Below, in pieces: positions 11,301 through 24,195 of a DNA stretch of 38,477 bases. How positions within the stretch are numbered: position 1 is the first letter of the stretch; each line of letters opens with the position of its first letter. Position numbers and translations under genes: made by a program. The notes below the pieces were generated by a model, which was not told the DNA's origin, did no database searches, and was given only the letters and a program-made list of their open reading frames with translations. Source of the stretch: Nemertoderma westbladi (taxonomy: Eukaryota > Animalia > Xenacoelomorpha); the NCBI GenBank assembly GCA_032718475.1, contig JAUCBJ010003765.1, positions 1 to 38,477 of the forward strand, in the 5' to 3' direction.

Positions 11301-14300
11301 GGCAGTAAAGTCTTTGTTTTGTACAGAACGGACAGTAAAGTCGTGGGTCTTTGTTTTGTACAGAACGGACAGTAAAGCCTTGGGTCTTTGTTTTGTACAG
11401 AACGGAGAGTAAAGTCTTTGGTCTTTGTTTTATACAGAACGGGCAGTAAAGTCTTTGGTCTTTGTTTTGTACAGAACGGACAGTAAAGTCGTGGGTCTTT
11501 GTTTTGTACAGAACGGAGAGTAAGGTCTTTTGTTTTGTACCGAACGGACAGTAAAGTCGTGGGTCTTTGTTTTGTACAGAACGGACAGTAAAGTCTTTGG
11601 TCTTTGTTTTATACAGAACGGGCAGTAAAGTCTTTGGTCTTTGTTTTGTACAGAACGGGCAGTAAAGTCTTTGTTTTGTACAGAACGGACAGTAAAGTCG
11701 TGGGTCTTTGTTTTGTACAGAACGGACAGTAAAGTCTTTGGTCTTTGTTTTATACAGAACGGGCAATAAAGTCTTTGGTCTTTGTTTTGTACAGAACGGA
11801 GAGTAAGGTCTTTTGTTTTGTACCGAACGGACAGTAAAGTCTTTGGTCTTTGTTTTGTACAGAACGGGCAGTAAAGTCTTTGTTTTGTACAGAACGGACA
11901 GTAAAGTCGTGGGTCTTTGTTTTGTACAGAACGGACAGTAAAGTTTTTGGTCTTTGTTTTATACAGAACGGGCAGTAAAGTCTTTGGTGTTTGTTTTGCA
12001 CAGAACGGGCAGTAAAGTCTTTGGTCTTTGTTTTGTACAGAACGGGCAGTAAAGTCTTTGGTCTTTGTTTTATACAGAACGGGCAGTAAAGTCTTTGGTG
12101 TTTGTTTTGCACAGAACGGGCAGTAAAGTCTTTGGTCTTTGTTTTGTACAGAACGGGCAGTAAAGTCTTTGTTTTGTACAGAACGGACAGTAAAGTCGTG
12201 GGTCTTTGTTTTGTACAGAACGGACAGTAAAGTCTTGGGTCTTTGTTTTATACAGAACGGGCAGTAAAGTCTTTGGTGTTTGTTTTGCACAGAACGGGCA
12301 GTAAAGTCTTTGGTCTTTGTTTTGTACAGAACGGGCAGTAAAGTCTTTGTTTTGTACAGAACGGACAGTAAAGTCGTGGGTCTTTGTTTTGTACAGAACG
12401 GACAGTAAAGTCTTTGGTCTTTGTTTTATACAGAACGGGCAGTAAAGTCTTTGGTCTTTGTTTTGTACAGAACGGGCAGTAAAGTCTTTGTTTTGTACAG
12501 AACGGACAGTAAAGTCGTGGGTCTTTGTTTTGTACAGAACGGACAGTAAAGTCTTTGGTCTTTGTTTTATACAGAACGGGCAATAAAGTCTTTGGTCTTT
12601 GTTTTGTACAGAACGGAGAGTAAGGTCTTTTGTTTTGTACAGAACGGACAGTAAAGTCTTTGGTCTTTGTTTTATACAGAACGGGCAGTAAAGTCTTTGG
12701 TCTTTGTTTTGTACAGAACGGGCAGTAAAGTCTTTGTTTTGTACAGAACGGACAGTAAAGTCGTGGGTCTTTGTTTTGTACAGAACGGACAGTAAAGTCT
12801 TTGGTCTTTGTTTTATACAGAACGGGCAGTAAAGTCTTTGGTCTTTGTTTTGTACAGAACGGGCAGTAAAGTCTTTGTTTTGTACAGAACGGACAGTAAA
12901 GTCGTGGGTCTTTGTTTTGTACAGAACGGACAGTAAAGTCTTTGGTCTTTGTTTTGTACAGAACGGGCAGTAAAGTCTTTGGTCTTTGTTTTATACAGAA
13001 CGGAGAGTAAGGTCTTTTGTTTTGTACCGAACGGACAGTAAAGTCGTGGGTCTTTGTTTTGTACAGAACGGGCAGTAAAGTCTTTGGTCTTTGTTTTGTA
13101 CAGAACGGACAGTAAAGTCTTTGGTCTTTGTTTTGTGCTGAACGGGCAGTAAAGTCTTGGGTCTTTGTTTTGTACAGAACGGACAGTAAAGCCTTGGGTC
13201 TTTATTTTGTACAGATCAGACAGTAAAGTCTTGTGTCTTTGTTTTGTTCAGAACGGGCAGTAAAGTCTTGGGTCTTTGTTTTGTACAGAACGGACAGTAA
13301 AGCCTTGGGTCTTTGTTTTGTACAGAACGGGCAGTAAAGTCTTTGTTTTATACAGAACGGAGAGTAAGGTCTTTTGTTTTGTACCGAACGGACAGTAAAG
13401 TCGTGGGTCTTTGTTTTGTACAGAACGGGCAGTAAAGTCTTTGGTCTTTGTTTTGTGCTGAACGGGCAGTAAAGTCTTGGGTCTTTGTTTTGTACAGAAC
13501 GGACAGTAAAGCCTTGGGTCTTTATTTTGTACAGATCAGACAGTAAAGTCTTGTGTCTTTGTTTTGTTCAGAACGGGCAGTAAAGTCTTGGGTCTTTGTT
13601 TTGTACAGAACGGACAGTAAAGCCTTGGGTCTTTGTTTTGTACAGAACGGACAGTAAAGTCTTTGGTTTTTGTTTTGTACAGAACGGACAGTAAAGTCTT
13701 TGGTCTTTGTTTTGTGCTGAACGGGCAGTAAAGTCTTGGGTCTTTGTTTTGTACAGAACGGACAGTAAAGCCTTGGGTCTTTATTTTGTACAGATCAGAC
13801 AGTAAAGTCTTGTGTCTTTGTTTTGTTCAGAACGGGCAGTAAAGTCTTGGGTCTTTGTTTTGTACAGAACGGACAGTAAAGCCTTGGGTCTTTGTTTTGT
13901 ACAGAACGGGCAGTAAAGTCTTTGTTTTATACAGAACGGGCAGTAAAGTCTTTGGTCTTTGTTTTGTACAGAACGGAGAGTAAGGTCTTTTGTTTTGTAC
14001 CGAACGGGCAGTAAAGTCTTGGGTCTTTGTTTTGTACAGAACGGGCAGTAAAGTCTTTGGTCTTTGTTTTGTACCGAACGGACAGTAAAGTCTTGGGTCT
14101 TTGTTTTGTACAGAACGGGCAGTAAAGTCTTTGGTCTTTGTTTTGTACAGAACGGAGAGTAAGGTCTTTTGTTTTGTACCGAACGGGCAGTAAAGTCTTT
14201 GGTCTTTGTTTTGTACAGAACGGAGAGTAAAGTCTTGGGTCTTTATTTTGTACAGATCAGACAGTAAAGTCTTGTGTCTTTGTTTTGTACAGAACGGGCA

Positions 14301-17300
14301 ATAAAGTCTTTGTTTTGTACAGAACGGAGAGTAAGGTCTTTTGTTTTGTACCGAACGGACAGTAAAGTCTTGGGTCTTTGTTTTGTACAGAACGGAGAGT
14401 AAAGTCTTGGGTCTTTATTTTGTACAGATCAGACAGTAAAGTCTTGTGTCTTTGTTTTGTTCAGAACGGGCAGTAAAGTCTTGGGTCTTTGTTTTGTACA
14501 GAACGGACAGTAAAGTCTTGGGTCTTTGTTTTGTACAGAACGGACAGTAAAGTCTTGGGTCTTTATTTTGTACAGATCAGACAGTAAAGTCTTGTGTCTT
14601 TGTTTTGTTCAGAACGGGCAGTAAAGTCTTGGGTCTTTGTTTTGTACAGAACGGGCAGTAAAGTCTTTGGTCTTTGTTTTGTACAGAACGGGCAGTAAAG
14701 TCTTTGTTTTTTACAGAACGGGCAGTAAAGTCTTTGGTCTTTGTTTTGTACCGAACGGACAGTAAAGTCTTGGGTCTTTGTTTTGTACAGAACGGAGAGT
14801 AAAGTCTTGGGTCTTTATTTTGTACAGATCAGACAGTAAAGTCTTGTGTCTTTGTTTTGTTCAGAACGGGCAGTAAAGTCTTGGGTCTTTGTTTTGTACA
14901 GAACGGACAGTAAAGCCTTGGGTCTTTGTTTTGTACAGAACGGGCAGTAAAGTCTTGGGTCTTTGTTTTGTACAGAACGGGCAGTAAAGTCTTTGGTGTT
15001 TGTTTTGTACAGAACGGAGAGTAAGGTCTTTTGTTTTGTACCGAACGGGCAGTAAAGTCTTTGTTTTGTATAGAACGGGCAGTAAAGTCTTTGGTCTTTG
15101 TTTTGTACAGAACGGAGAGTAAGGTCTTTTGTTTTGTACCGAACGGGCAGTAAAGTCGTGGGTCTTTGTTTTGTACAGAACGGGCAGTAAAGTCTTTGGT
15201 CTTTGTTTTGTACATAACGGAGAGTAAGGTCTTTTGTTTTGTACCGAACGGACAGTAAAGTCTTTGTTTTGTACCGAACGGGCAGTAAAGTCTTTGGTCT
15301 TTGTTTTGTACAGAACGGGCAGTAAAGTCTTGGGTCTTTGTTTTGTACAGAACGGGCAGTAAAGTCTTTGTTTTGTACAGAACGGACAGTAAAGTCGTGG
15401 GTCTTTGTTTTGTACAGAACGGGCAGTAAAGTCTTTGGTCTTTGTTTTGTACAGAACGGAGAGTAAGGTCTTTTGTTTTGTACCGAACGGGCAGTAAAGT
15501 CGTGGGTCTTTGTTTTGTACAGAACGGGCAGTAAAGTCTTTGGTCTTTGTTTTGTACAGAACGGAGAGTAGGGTCTTTTGTTTTGTACCGAACGGACAGT
15601 AAAGTCTTTGTTTTGTACCGAACGGGCAGTAAAGTCTTTGGTCTTTGTTTTGTACAGAACGGGCAGTAAAGTCTTGGGTCTTTGTTTTGTACAGAACGGG
15701 CAGTAAAGTCTTTGTTTTGTACCGAACGGGCAGTAAAGTCTTTGGTCTTTGTTTTGTACAGAACGGGCAGTAAAGTCTTGGGTCTTTGTTTTGTACAGAA
15801 CGGGCAGTAAAGTCTTTGTTTTTTACAGAACGGACAGTAAAGTCTTTGGTTTTTGTTTTGTACAGAACGGGCAGTAAAGTCTTTGGTCTTTGTTTTGTAC
15901 AGAACGGAGAGTAAAGTCGCTTGGGTATTTGTTTTGTACAGAACGGGCAGTAAAGTCTTTGGTCTTTGTTTTGTACAGAACGGAGAGTAAGGTCTTTTGT
16001 TTTGTACCGAACGGACAGTAAAGTCTTTGTTTTGTACCGAACGGGCAGTAAAGTCTTTGGTCTTTGTTTTGTACAGAACGGGCAGTAAAGTCTTGGGTCT
16101 TTGTTTTGTACAGAACGGGCAGTAAAGTCTTTGTTTTGTACCGAACGGGCAGTAAAGTCTTTGGTCTTTGTTTTGTACAGAACGGGCAGTAAAGTCTTGG
16201 GTCTTTGTTTTGTACAGAACGGGCAGTAAAGTCTTTGTTTTGTACCGAACGGGCAGTAAAGTCTTTGGTCTTTGTTTTGTACAGAACGGGCAGTAAAGTC
16301 TTGGGTCTTTGTTTTGTACAGAACGGGCAGTAAAGTCTTTGTTTTTTACAGAACGGACAGTAAAGTCTTTGGTCTTTGTTTTGTACAGAACGGGCAGTAA
16401 AGTCTTGGGTCTTTGTTTTGTACAGAACGGGCAGTAAAGTCTTTGTTTTGTACAGAACGGACAGTAAAGTCGTGGGTCTTTGTTTTGTACAGAACGGGCA
16501 TTAAAGTCTTTGGTCTTTGTTTTGTACAGAACGGAGAGTAAGGTCTTTTGTTTTGTACCGAACGGGCAGTAAAGTCGTGGGTCTTTGTTTTGTACAGAAC
16601 GGGCAGTAAAGTCTTTGGTCTTTGTTTTGTACAGAACGGAGAGTAAGGTCTTTTGTTTTGTACCGAACGGACAGTAAAGTCTTTGGTCTTTGTTTTGTAC
16701 AGAACGGACAGTAAAGTCGTGGGTCTTTGTTTTGTACAGAACGGACAGTAAAGTCTTTGGTCTTTGTTTTATACAGAACGGGCAGTAAAGTCTTTGGTCT
16801 TTGTTTTGTACCGAACGGGCAGTAAAGTCTTTGGTCTTTGTTTTGTACAGAACGGGCAGTAAAGTCTTGGGTCTTTGTTTTGTACAGAACGGGCAGTAAA
16901 GTCTTTGTTTTGTACCGAACGGGCAGTAAAGTCTTTGGTCTTTGTTTTGTACAGAACGGGCAGTAAAGTCTTGGGTCTTTGTTTTGTACAGAACGGGCAG
17001 TAAAGTCTTTGTTTTTTACAGAACGGACAGTAAAGTCTTTGGTTTTTGTTTTGTACAGAACGGGCAGTAAAGTCTTTGGTCTTTGTTTTGTACAGAACGG
17101 GCAGTAAAGTCTTGGGTCTTTGTTTTGTACAGAACGGGCAGTAAAGTCTTTGTTTTGTACCGAACGGGCAGTAAAGTCTTTGGTCTTTGTTTTGTACAGA
17201 ACGGGCAGTAAAGTCTTGGGTCTTTGTTTTGTACAGAACGGGCAGTAAAGTCTCTGTTTTTTGTTTTGTACAGAACGGGCAGTAAAGTCTTTGGTCTTTT

Positions 17301-20300
17301 GTTTTGTACAGAACGGACAGTAAAGTCGTGGGTCTTTGTTTTGTACAGAACGGACAGTAAAGTCTTGGGTCTTTGTTTTGTACAGAACGGGCAGTAAAGT
17401 CTTTGTTTTTTACAGAACGGACAGTAAAGTCGTGGGTCTTTGTTTTGTACAGAACGGGCAGTAAAGTCTTTGGTCTTTGTTTTGTACAGAACGGAGAGTA
17501 AGGTCTTTTGTTTTGTACAGAACAGACAGTAAAGTCTTTGGTGTTTGTTTTGTACAGAACGGACAGTAAAGCCTTGGGTCTTTGTTTTGTACAGAACGGG
17601 CAGTAAAGTCTTTGGTCTTTGTTTTGTACAGAACGGAGAGTAAGGTCTTTTGTTTTGTACCGAACGGGCAGTAAAGTCTTGGGTCTTTGTTTTGTACAGA
17701 ACGGGCAGTAAAGTCTTTGTTTTTTACAGAACGGACAGTAAAGTCGTGGGTCTTTGTTTTGTACAGAACGGGCAGTAAAGTCTTTGGTGTTTGTTTTGTA
17801 CAGAACGGACAGTAAAGCCTTGGGTCTTTGTTTTGTACAGAACGGGCAGTAAAGTCTTTGGTCTTTGTTTTGTACAGAACGGAGAGTAAGGTCTTTTGTT
17901 TTGTACCGAACGGGCAGTAAAGTCTTTGGTCTTTATTTTGTACAGATCAGACAGTAAAGTCTTGTGTCTTTGTTTTGTTCAGAACGGGCAGTAAAGTCTT
18001 GGGTCTTTGTTTTGTACAGAACGGGCAGTAAAGTCTTTGTTTGTACAGAACGGACAGTAAAGTCTTGGGTCTTTGTTTTGTACAGAACGGACAGTAAAGC
18101 CTTTGTTTGTACAGAACGGACAGTAAAGTCTTGGGTCTTTGTTTTGTACAGAACGGACAGTAAAGCCTTGGGTCTTTATTTTGTACAGATCAGACAGTAA
18201 AGTCTTGTGTCTTTGTTTTGTTCAGAACGGGCAGTAAAGTCTTGGGTCTTTGTTTTGTACAGAACGGGCAGTAAAGTCTTTGTTTTTTACAGAACGGACA
18301 GTAAAGTCGTGGGTCTTTGTTTTGTACAGAACGGGCAGTAAAGTCTTTGGTCTTTGTTTTGTACAGAACGGAGAGTAAGGTCTTTTGTTTTGTACCGAAC
18401 GGACAGTAAAGTCTTTGGTCTTTGTTTTATACAGAACGGGCAGTAAAGTCTTTGGTCTTTGTTTTGTACAGAGCGGGCAGTAAAGTCTTGGGTCTTTGTT
18501 TTGCACAGAACGGGCAGTAAAGTCTTTGTTTTGTACAGAACGGACAGTAAAGTCTTTGGTTTTGTTTTGTACAGAACGGACAGTAAAGTCTTGGGTCTTT
18601 GTTTTGTACAGAACGGGCAGTAAAGTCTTGGGTCTTTGTTTTGTACAGAACGGGCAGTAAAGTCTTGGGTCTTTGTTTTGTACAGAACGGGCAGTAAAGT
18701 CTATGTTTTGTACAGAACGGACAGTAAAGTCTTGGGTCTTTGTTTTGTACAGAACAGGCAGTAAAGTCTTTGGTCTTTGTTTTGTACAGAACGGACAGTA
18801 AAGTATTTATTTTGTACCGAACGGACAGTAAAGTCTTTGGTCTTTGTTTTGTACAGAACGGGCAGTAAAGTCTTTGTTCTTTGTTTTGTACAGAACGGGC
18901 AGTAAAGACTTTGGTCTTTGTTTTGTACAGAACGGGCAGTAAAGTCTTTGGTTTTTGTTTTGTACAGAACGGGCAGTAAAGTCTTGGGTCTTTGTTTTGT
19001 ACAGAACGGGCAGTAAAGTCTTTGGTCTTTGTTTTGTACAGAACGGGCAATAAAGTCCTGGGTCTTTGTATTGTACAGAACGGACAGTAAAGTCTTTGGT
19101 CTTTGTTTTTTACAGAACGGGCAGTAAAGTCTTTGGTCTTTGTTTTGTACAGAACGGACAGTAAAGTCTTGGGTCTTTGTTTTGTACAGAACGGGCAGTA
19201 AAGTCTTTGTTTTGTACAGAACGGACAGTAAAGTCGTGGGTCTTTATTTTGTACAGAACGGGCAATAAAGTCCTGGGTCTTTGTTTTGTACAGAACGGAC
19301 AGTAAAGTCTTTGGTCTTTGTTTTTTACAGAACGGGCAGTAAAGTCTTTGGTCTTTGTTTTGTACAGAACGGGCAGTAAAGTCTTTGGTTTTCGCTTTGT
19401 ACAGAACGGGCAGTAAAGTCTTGGTTATTTGTTTTGTACAGAACGGACAGAGAAGTCTTGGGTCTTTGTTTTGTACAGAACGGGCAGTAAAGTCTTTGTT
19501 TTGTACAGAACGGGCAGTAAAGTCTTGGGTATTTGTTTTGTACCGAACGGACAGTAAAGTCTTTGTTTTGTATAGAACGGGCAGTAAGGTCTTTGGTCTT
19601 TGTTTTGTACAGAACGGGCAGTAAAGTCTTGGGTCTTTGTTTTGTACAGAACGGACAGTAAAGTCTTGGGTCTTTGTTTTGTACAGAACGGATAGTAAAA
19701 CCTTGGGTCTTTGTTTTGTACAGTACGGGCAGTAAAGTCTTTGGTCTTTGTTTTTTACAGAACGGGCAGTAAAGTCTTTGGTCTTTGTTTTGTACAGAAC
19801 GTACAGTAAAACCTTGGGTCTTTGTTTTGTACAGAACGGGCAGTAAAGTCTTTGGTTTTCGCTTTGTACAGAACGGGCAGTAAAGTCTTGGTTATTTGTT
19901 TTGTACAGAACGGACAGAGAAGTCTTGGGTCTTTGTTTTGTACAGAACGGGCAGTAAAGTCTTTGTTTTGTACAGAACGGGCAGTAAAGTCTTGGGTATT
20001 TGTTTTGTACCGAACGGACAGTAAAGTCTTTGTTTTGTATAGAACGGGCAGTAAGGTCTTTGGTCTTTGTTTTGTACAGAACGGGCAGTAAAGTCTTGGG
20101 TCTTTGTTTTGTACAGAACGGACAGTAAAGTCTTGGGTCTTTGTTTTGTACAGAACGGATAGTAAAACCTTGGGTCTTTGTTTTGTACAGTACGGGCAGT
20201 AAAGTCTTTGTTTGTACAGAACGGACAGTAAAGTCTTGGGTCTTTGTTTTGTACAGAACGGACAGTAAAGCCTTTGTTTGTACAGAACGGACAGTAAAGT

Positions 20301-21300
20301 CTTGGGTCTTTGTTTTGTACAGAACGGACAGTAAAGCCTTGGGTCTTTATTTTGTACAGATCAGACAGTAAAGTCTTGGGTCTTTGTTTTGTAGAGAACG
20401 GGCAGTAAAGTCTTGGGTATTTGTTTTGTACAGATCGGACAGTAAAGTCTTGGGTCTTTGTTTTGTACAGAACGGACAGTAAAGTCTTGGGTCTTTGTTT
20501 TGTACAGAACGGATAGTAAAACCTTGGGTCTTTGTTTTGTACAGAACGGATAGTAAAACCTTGGGTCTTTGTTTTGTACAGAACGGGCAGTAAAGTCTTT
20601 GTTTGTACAGAACGGACAGTAAAGTCTTGGGTCTTTGTTTTGTACAGAACGGACAGTAAAGCCTTGGGTCTTTGTTTTGTACAGATCAGACAGTAAAGTC
20701 TTGGGTCTTTGTTTTGTAGAGAACGGGCAGTAAAGTCTTGGGTATTTGTTTTGTACAGAACGGACAGTAAAGTCTTGGGTCTTTGTTTTGTACAGAACGG
20801 ACAGTAAAGTCTTGGGTCTTTGTTTTGTACAGAACGGATAGTAAAACCTTGGGTCTTTGTTTTGTACAGAACGGGCAGTAAAGTCTTTGTTTGTACAGAA
20901 CGGACAGTAAAGTCTTTGGTCTTTGTTTTGTACAGAACGGATAGTAAAACCTTGGGTCTTTGTTTTGTACAGAACGGGCAGTAAAGTCTTTGTTTGTACA
21001 GAACGGACAGTAAAGTCTTGGGTCTTTGTTTTGTACAGAACGGGTACAGATCAGACAGTAAAGTCTTGGGTCTTTGTTTTGTAGAGAACGGGCAGTAAAG
21101 TCTTGGGTATTTGTTTTGTACAGATCGGACAGTAAAGTCTTGGGTCTTCGCTTTGTACAGAACGGACAGTAAAGTCGCTTGGGTATTTGTTTTGTACAGA
21201 ACGGACAGAAAAGTCTTGGGTCTTTGTTTTGTACAGAACGGGCAGTAAAGTCTTTGGTCCTTGCTTTGTACAGGACGAGCAGTAAAGTCTTTTGTTTTGC
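5383..21300. repeat. Satellite A: ~15.9-kb tandem array of a ~37-bp monomer with 31/30/29-bp length variants
   Basis: Consensus tctttgttttgtacagaacgg(a/g)cagtaaagtct(t/g)(t/g)gg, repeated head-to-tail roughly 450 times (length / ~35). Local higher-order duplications occur, e.g. a 467-bp offset between 19391 and 19858. Confidence 0.98.
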
Positions 21301-22833
21301 CTTCCACTGTTCCCTAAAAGAATGCATGTTCACCACCTTAGGTGATCTTCCACAGTAAACCCTTCCACACTGTTTCATAAAGGAATTCCTGTTCACCACC
21401 ATGGGTGATCTACCACTGTAAACCCCTCCACTATGTTTCCTAAAGGAATATCCGTTCACCACCATGGGTGATCTTCCAAGGTAAACCCTTCCACTATGTT
21501 TCCTCAAGAAATGTCCGTTCACCACCATGGGTGACCTTCCAAGGTAAACCCTTCCACTCTGTTTCCTAAAGGAATGTCCGTTCACCACCATGGGTGATCT
21601 TCCAAGGTAAACCCTTCCTCTCTGTCTCCTAAAGGAATATCCTTTCACCACCATGGGTGATCTTTCACAGTAAACACTTCCACTGTCCCCTAAAGGAATG
21701 CATGTTCACCACCATAGGTGATCTTCCACAGTAAACCCTTCCATACTGTTTCATAAAGGAATTCCTATTCACTACCATGGGTGATCTACCACATTAAATA
21801 AACCCTTCCACTATGTTTCCTAAAGGAATGTCCGTTCACCACCATGGGTGATCTTCCAAGGTAAACCCTTCCACTCTGTTTCCTAAAGGAATGTCCATTT
21901 ACCACCATGGGTGATCTACCACAGTACCTAAACCCTTCCACTATGTTTCCTAAAGGAATGTCCGTTCACCACCATGGGTGATCTTCCAAGGTAAACCCTT
22001 CCACTATGTTTCTTCAAGAAATGTCCGTTCACCACCATGGGTGATCTTCCAAGGTAAACCCTTCCACTCTATTTCCTAAAGGAATGTCCGTTCTCCACAA
22101 TGGGTGATCTTCCACAGTAAATCCTTCCACTCTGTTTCATAAAGGAATTCCTGTTCACCACCATGGCTGATTTACCTGCTGTAAACCCCTCCACTATGTT
22201 TTCTAAAGGAATGTCCGTTCACCACCATGGGTGATCTTCCAAGGTAAACCCTTCCACTCTGTTTCCTAAAGGAATGTCCGTTCACCACCATGGGTGATCT
22301 TCCACAGTAAACCCTTCCACTCTGTTTCCTAAAGGAATGTCCGTTCTCCACAATTGGTGATATTACACAGTAAACCCTTCCACACTGTTTCATAAAGGAA
22401 TTCCTGTTCACCACCATGGGTGATCTACCACTGTAAACCCCTCCACTATGTTTCCTAAAGGAATGTCCGTTCACCACCATGGGTGATCTTCCAAGGTAAA
22501 CCCTTCCACTCTGTTTCCTAAAGGAATGTCCGTTCACCACCATGGGTGATCTTCCACAGTAAACACTTCCACTGTTCCCTAAAAGAATGCATGTTCACCA
22601 CCATAGGTGATCTTCCACAGTAAACCCTTCCAGACTGTTTCATAAAGGAATTCCTGTTCACCACCATGGGTGATCTACCACTGTAAACCCCTCCACTATG
22701 TTTCCTAAAGGAATGTCCGTTCACCACCATGGGTGATCTTCCAAGGTAAACCATTCCACTATGTTTCCTCAAGAAATGTCCGTTCACCACCATGGGTGAC
22801 CTTCCAAGGTAAACCCTTCCACTCTGTTTCCTA
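21301..22833. repeat. Satellite B: 63-bp monomer, ~24 copies, directly abutting satellite A
   Basis: Monomer gtaaacccttccactctgtttcctaaaggaatgtccgttcaccaccatgggtgatcttccaag, with starts at 21481, 21544 and 21607. The first ~270 bp (21301-) recur near-identically at the end (22566-22833). Confidence 0.97.
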
Positions 22834-22884
22834 GAAAGTTTACATATCTCCAACAGTTCGCCTGTCGGCTGCTCTTATTTCATT

Positions 22885-23125
22885 GCTTTAATCAATTCAA
22901 GCTGAAACCTGGCAGATATGTACAGTACTAGACTATCAGCTGTCTTTCAAACGAGGCTAAATCTACTTGCAGTTATCTGGTCTGCCGCTAGGGGGAAATT
23001 TGATTTTAATCAGTTTAAGCTGAAACCTGGCATATATTATGAAAGCCTACTAGAAAATAGGCTACGTCTTTATGGGACGCTGCACGCCATCTTTACTTCT
23101 AAAGTTAGCCGCTAGAGGGCGAACT
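22885..23125 (+). repeat. Degenerate ~120-bp dimer, each unit ending in a CTCF-like motif; possibly a transposon relic
   Basis: tttaatca.tt.aagctgaaacctggca (core at 22901 and 23019); GCCGCTAGGGGGAAA at 22984 and GCCGCTAGAGGGCGA at 23108. Confidence 0.55.
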
Positions 23126-23383
23126 AGTTAGTAGCTATAATAATTGCAATTAGTGCTTGCAAGATCAAACTGAACAAATCACTAATTGAAATTTTTGGAA
23201 AGGCGGTTTTCGTAATGGATATTATTAGTACACTTTCTTATACCTGTATCGGGTGCTGTCTCACTTGTTCCCCGTATACTACTGGAAATCCACCAGCTGT
23301 ATAAAGCTAATCAAATCGTTTGCTGTGTAAAGTACATCCTATTTTATCTACAGATTCGCATAATATTTACATTTCGAATTAAC

Positions 23384-23389
23384 TTTATT
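23384..23389 (-). terminator. Candidate polyadenylation signal of the LRIG gene
   Basis: AATAAA on the minus strand ~270 nt downstream of the TAG at 23657. Confidence 0.35.
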
Positions 23390-23656
23390 TTTTTATATAG
23401 AAATTGGGATGAATGATCCGAAAGAGAAGGAAAAAAACATTTATAAGTTTATAAAATACAAATAACTTGATAAAGAATTATAAATATAATAATTGAAGAG
23501 AAAAACTCACACATGCCGGTACAAATTGGTAAGAAATAAAATAAAGTTTAAGTTAGATTCTGTGGAGTAATATAAAATATGAATTCTGCATGATACTGCG
23601 TAAGCCCGATAATAGAAAACGCCGAAGTTGAGATAAGTTCCCATGGTAACGATCTA

Positions 23657-24195
23657 CTAGCGGGCGTTCTTATCGTCACTATCGGAGTCGTCGCTAGGTA
23701 ACATAGTGTCCAATACGGGAGCGGCGGCTGCGTTTAATTGTAAGCGAAGATTGTCATTGGTAGTTGCCCTAGGCGACAATGAGGTAGGTCTACGAGGGAC
23801 CCTGTTGGGCAGACGGGGTGGCGTCATCGAGTTGGTGTGGTCGGCGAGGAGGGAACCGTTGTCTGGGACCCGTCCGAGGTACATATCCAGCACCGAGATG
23901 TTGGGCTGGAAGTCGGGGTTCTTCCGAGGTTGCGCCGGGTCCTTTGGCTGGTCCACGCCGGCCGCTTTCGGTTTGGTTGTGTAACGCGCCACGTAATCCT
24001 GGGTCAGTCTGTAGGGGTCAACCTCGAAGTCGTCCGAGGCCGGAAGTAAGACGTCATCCACGTCGGACTCCATATAGAGTGGGGGTGGTGGTGGCGGGGG
24101 CGGAGGTGTGGCTGCGTACTGCTGATTGGTTGACGTCATGGTAACATCGTGGCTCGACGCCGATATTGGAGTCATCATAGTGATCATCGATGTTC
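23657..24195 (-). CDS. LRIG: LRIG terminal exon (Pro/acid-rich cytoplasmic tail)
   Basis: The TAG acceptor at 24198-24196 joins in frame (phase 1) to the 176-aa ORF ending in TAG at 23657. The exon has GC-rich coding-like composition within AT-rich flanks. Confidence 0.78.

Noticed and set aside
5350-21307. Many long minus-strand ORFs (up to 591 aa) with repeated CPFC zinc-finger-like motifs
   Set aside because: The 37-bp monomer simply lacks stop codons on the minus strand. All three frames give the same cycling peptides, and 30/31/29-bp variants shift frame freely, so there is no sign of coding constraint.
5383-22833. CRISPR-like array (30-37-bp repeats)
   Set aside because: Units are head-to-tail with no unique spacers, there are no cas genes, and the context is spliced eukaryotic genes.
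20686-22853. ORFs of 21-aa repeats (SPMVVNGHSFRKQSGRVYLGR)
   Set aside because: These are translations of the 63-bp satellite, broken by indels and stops.
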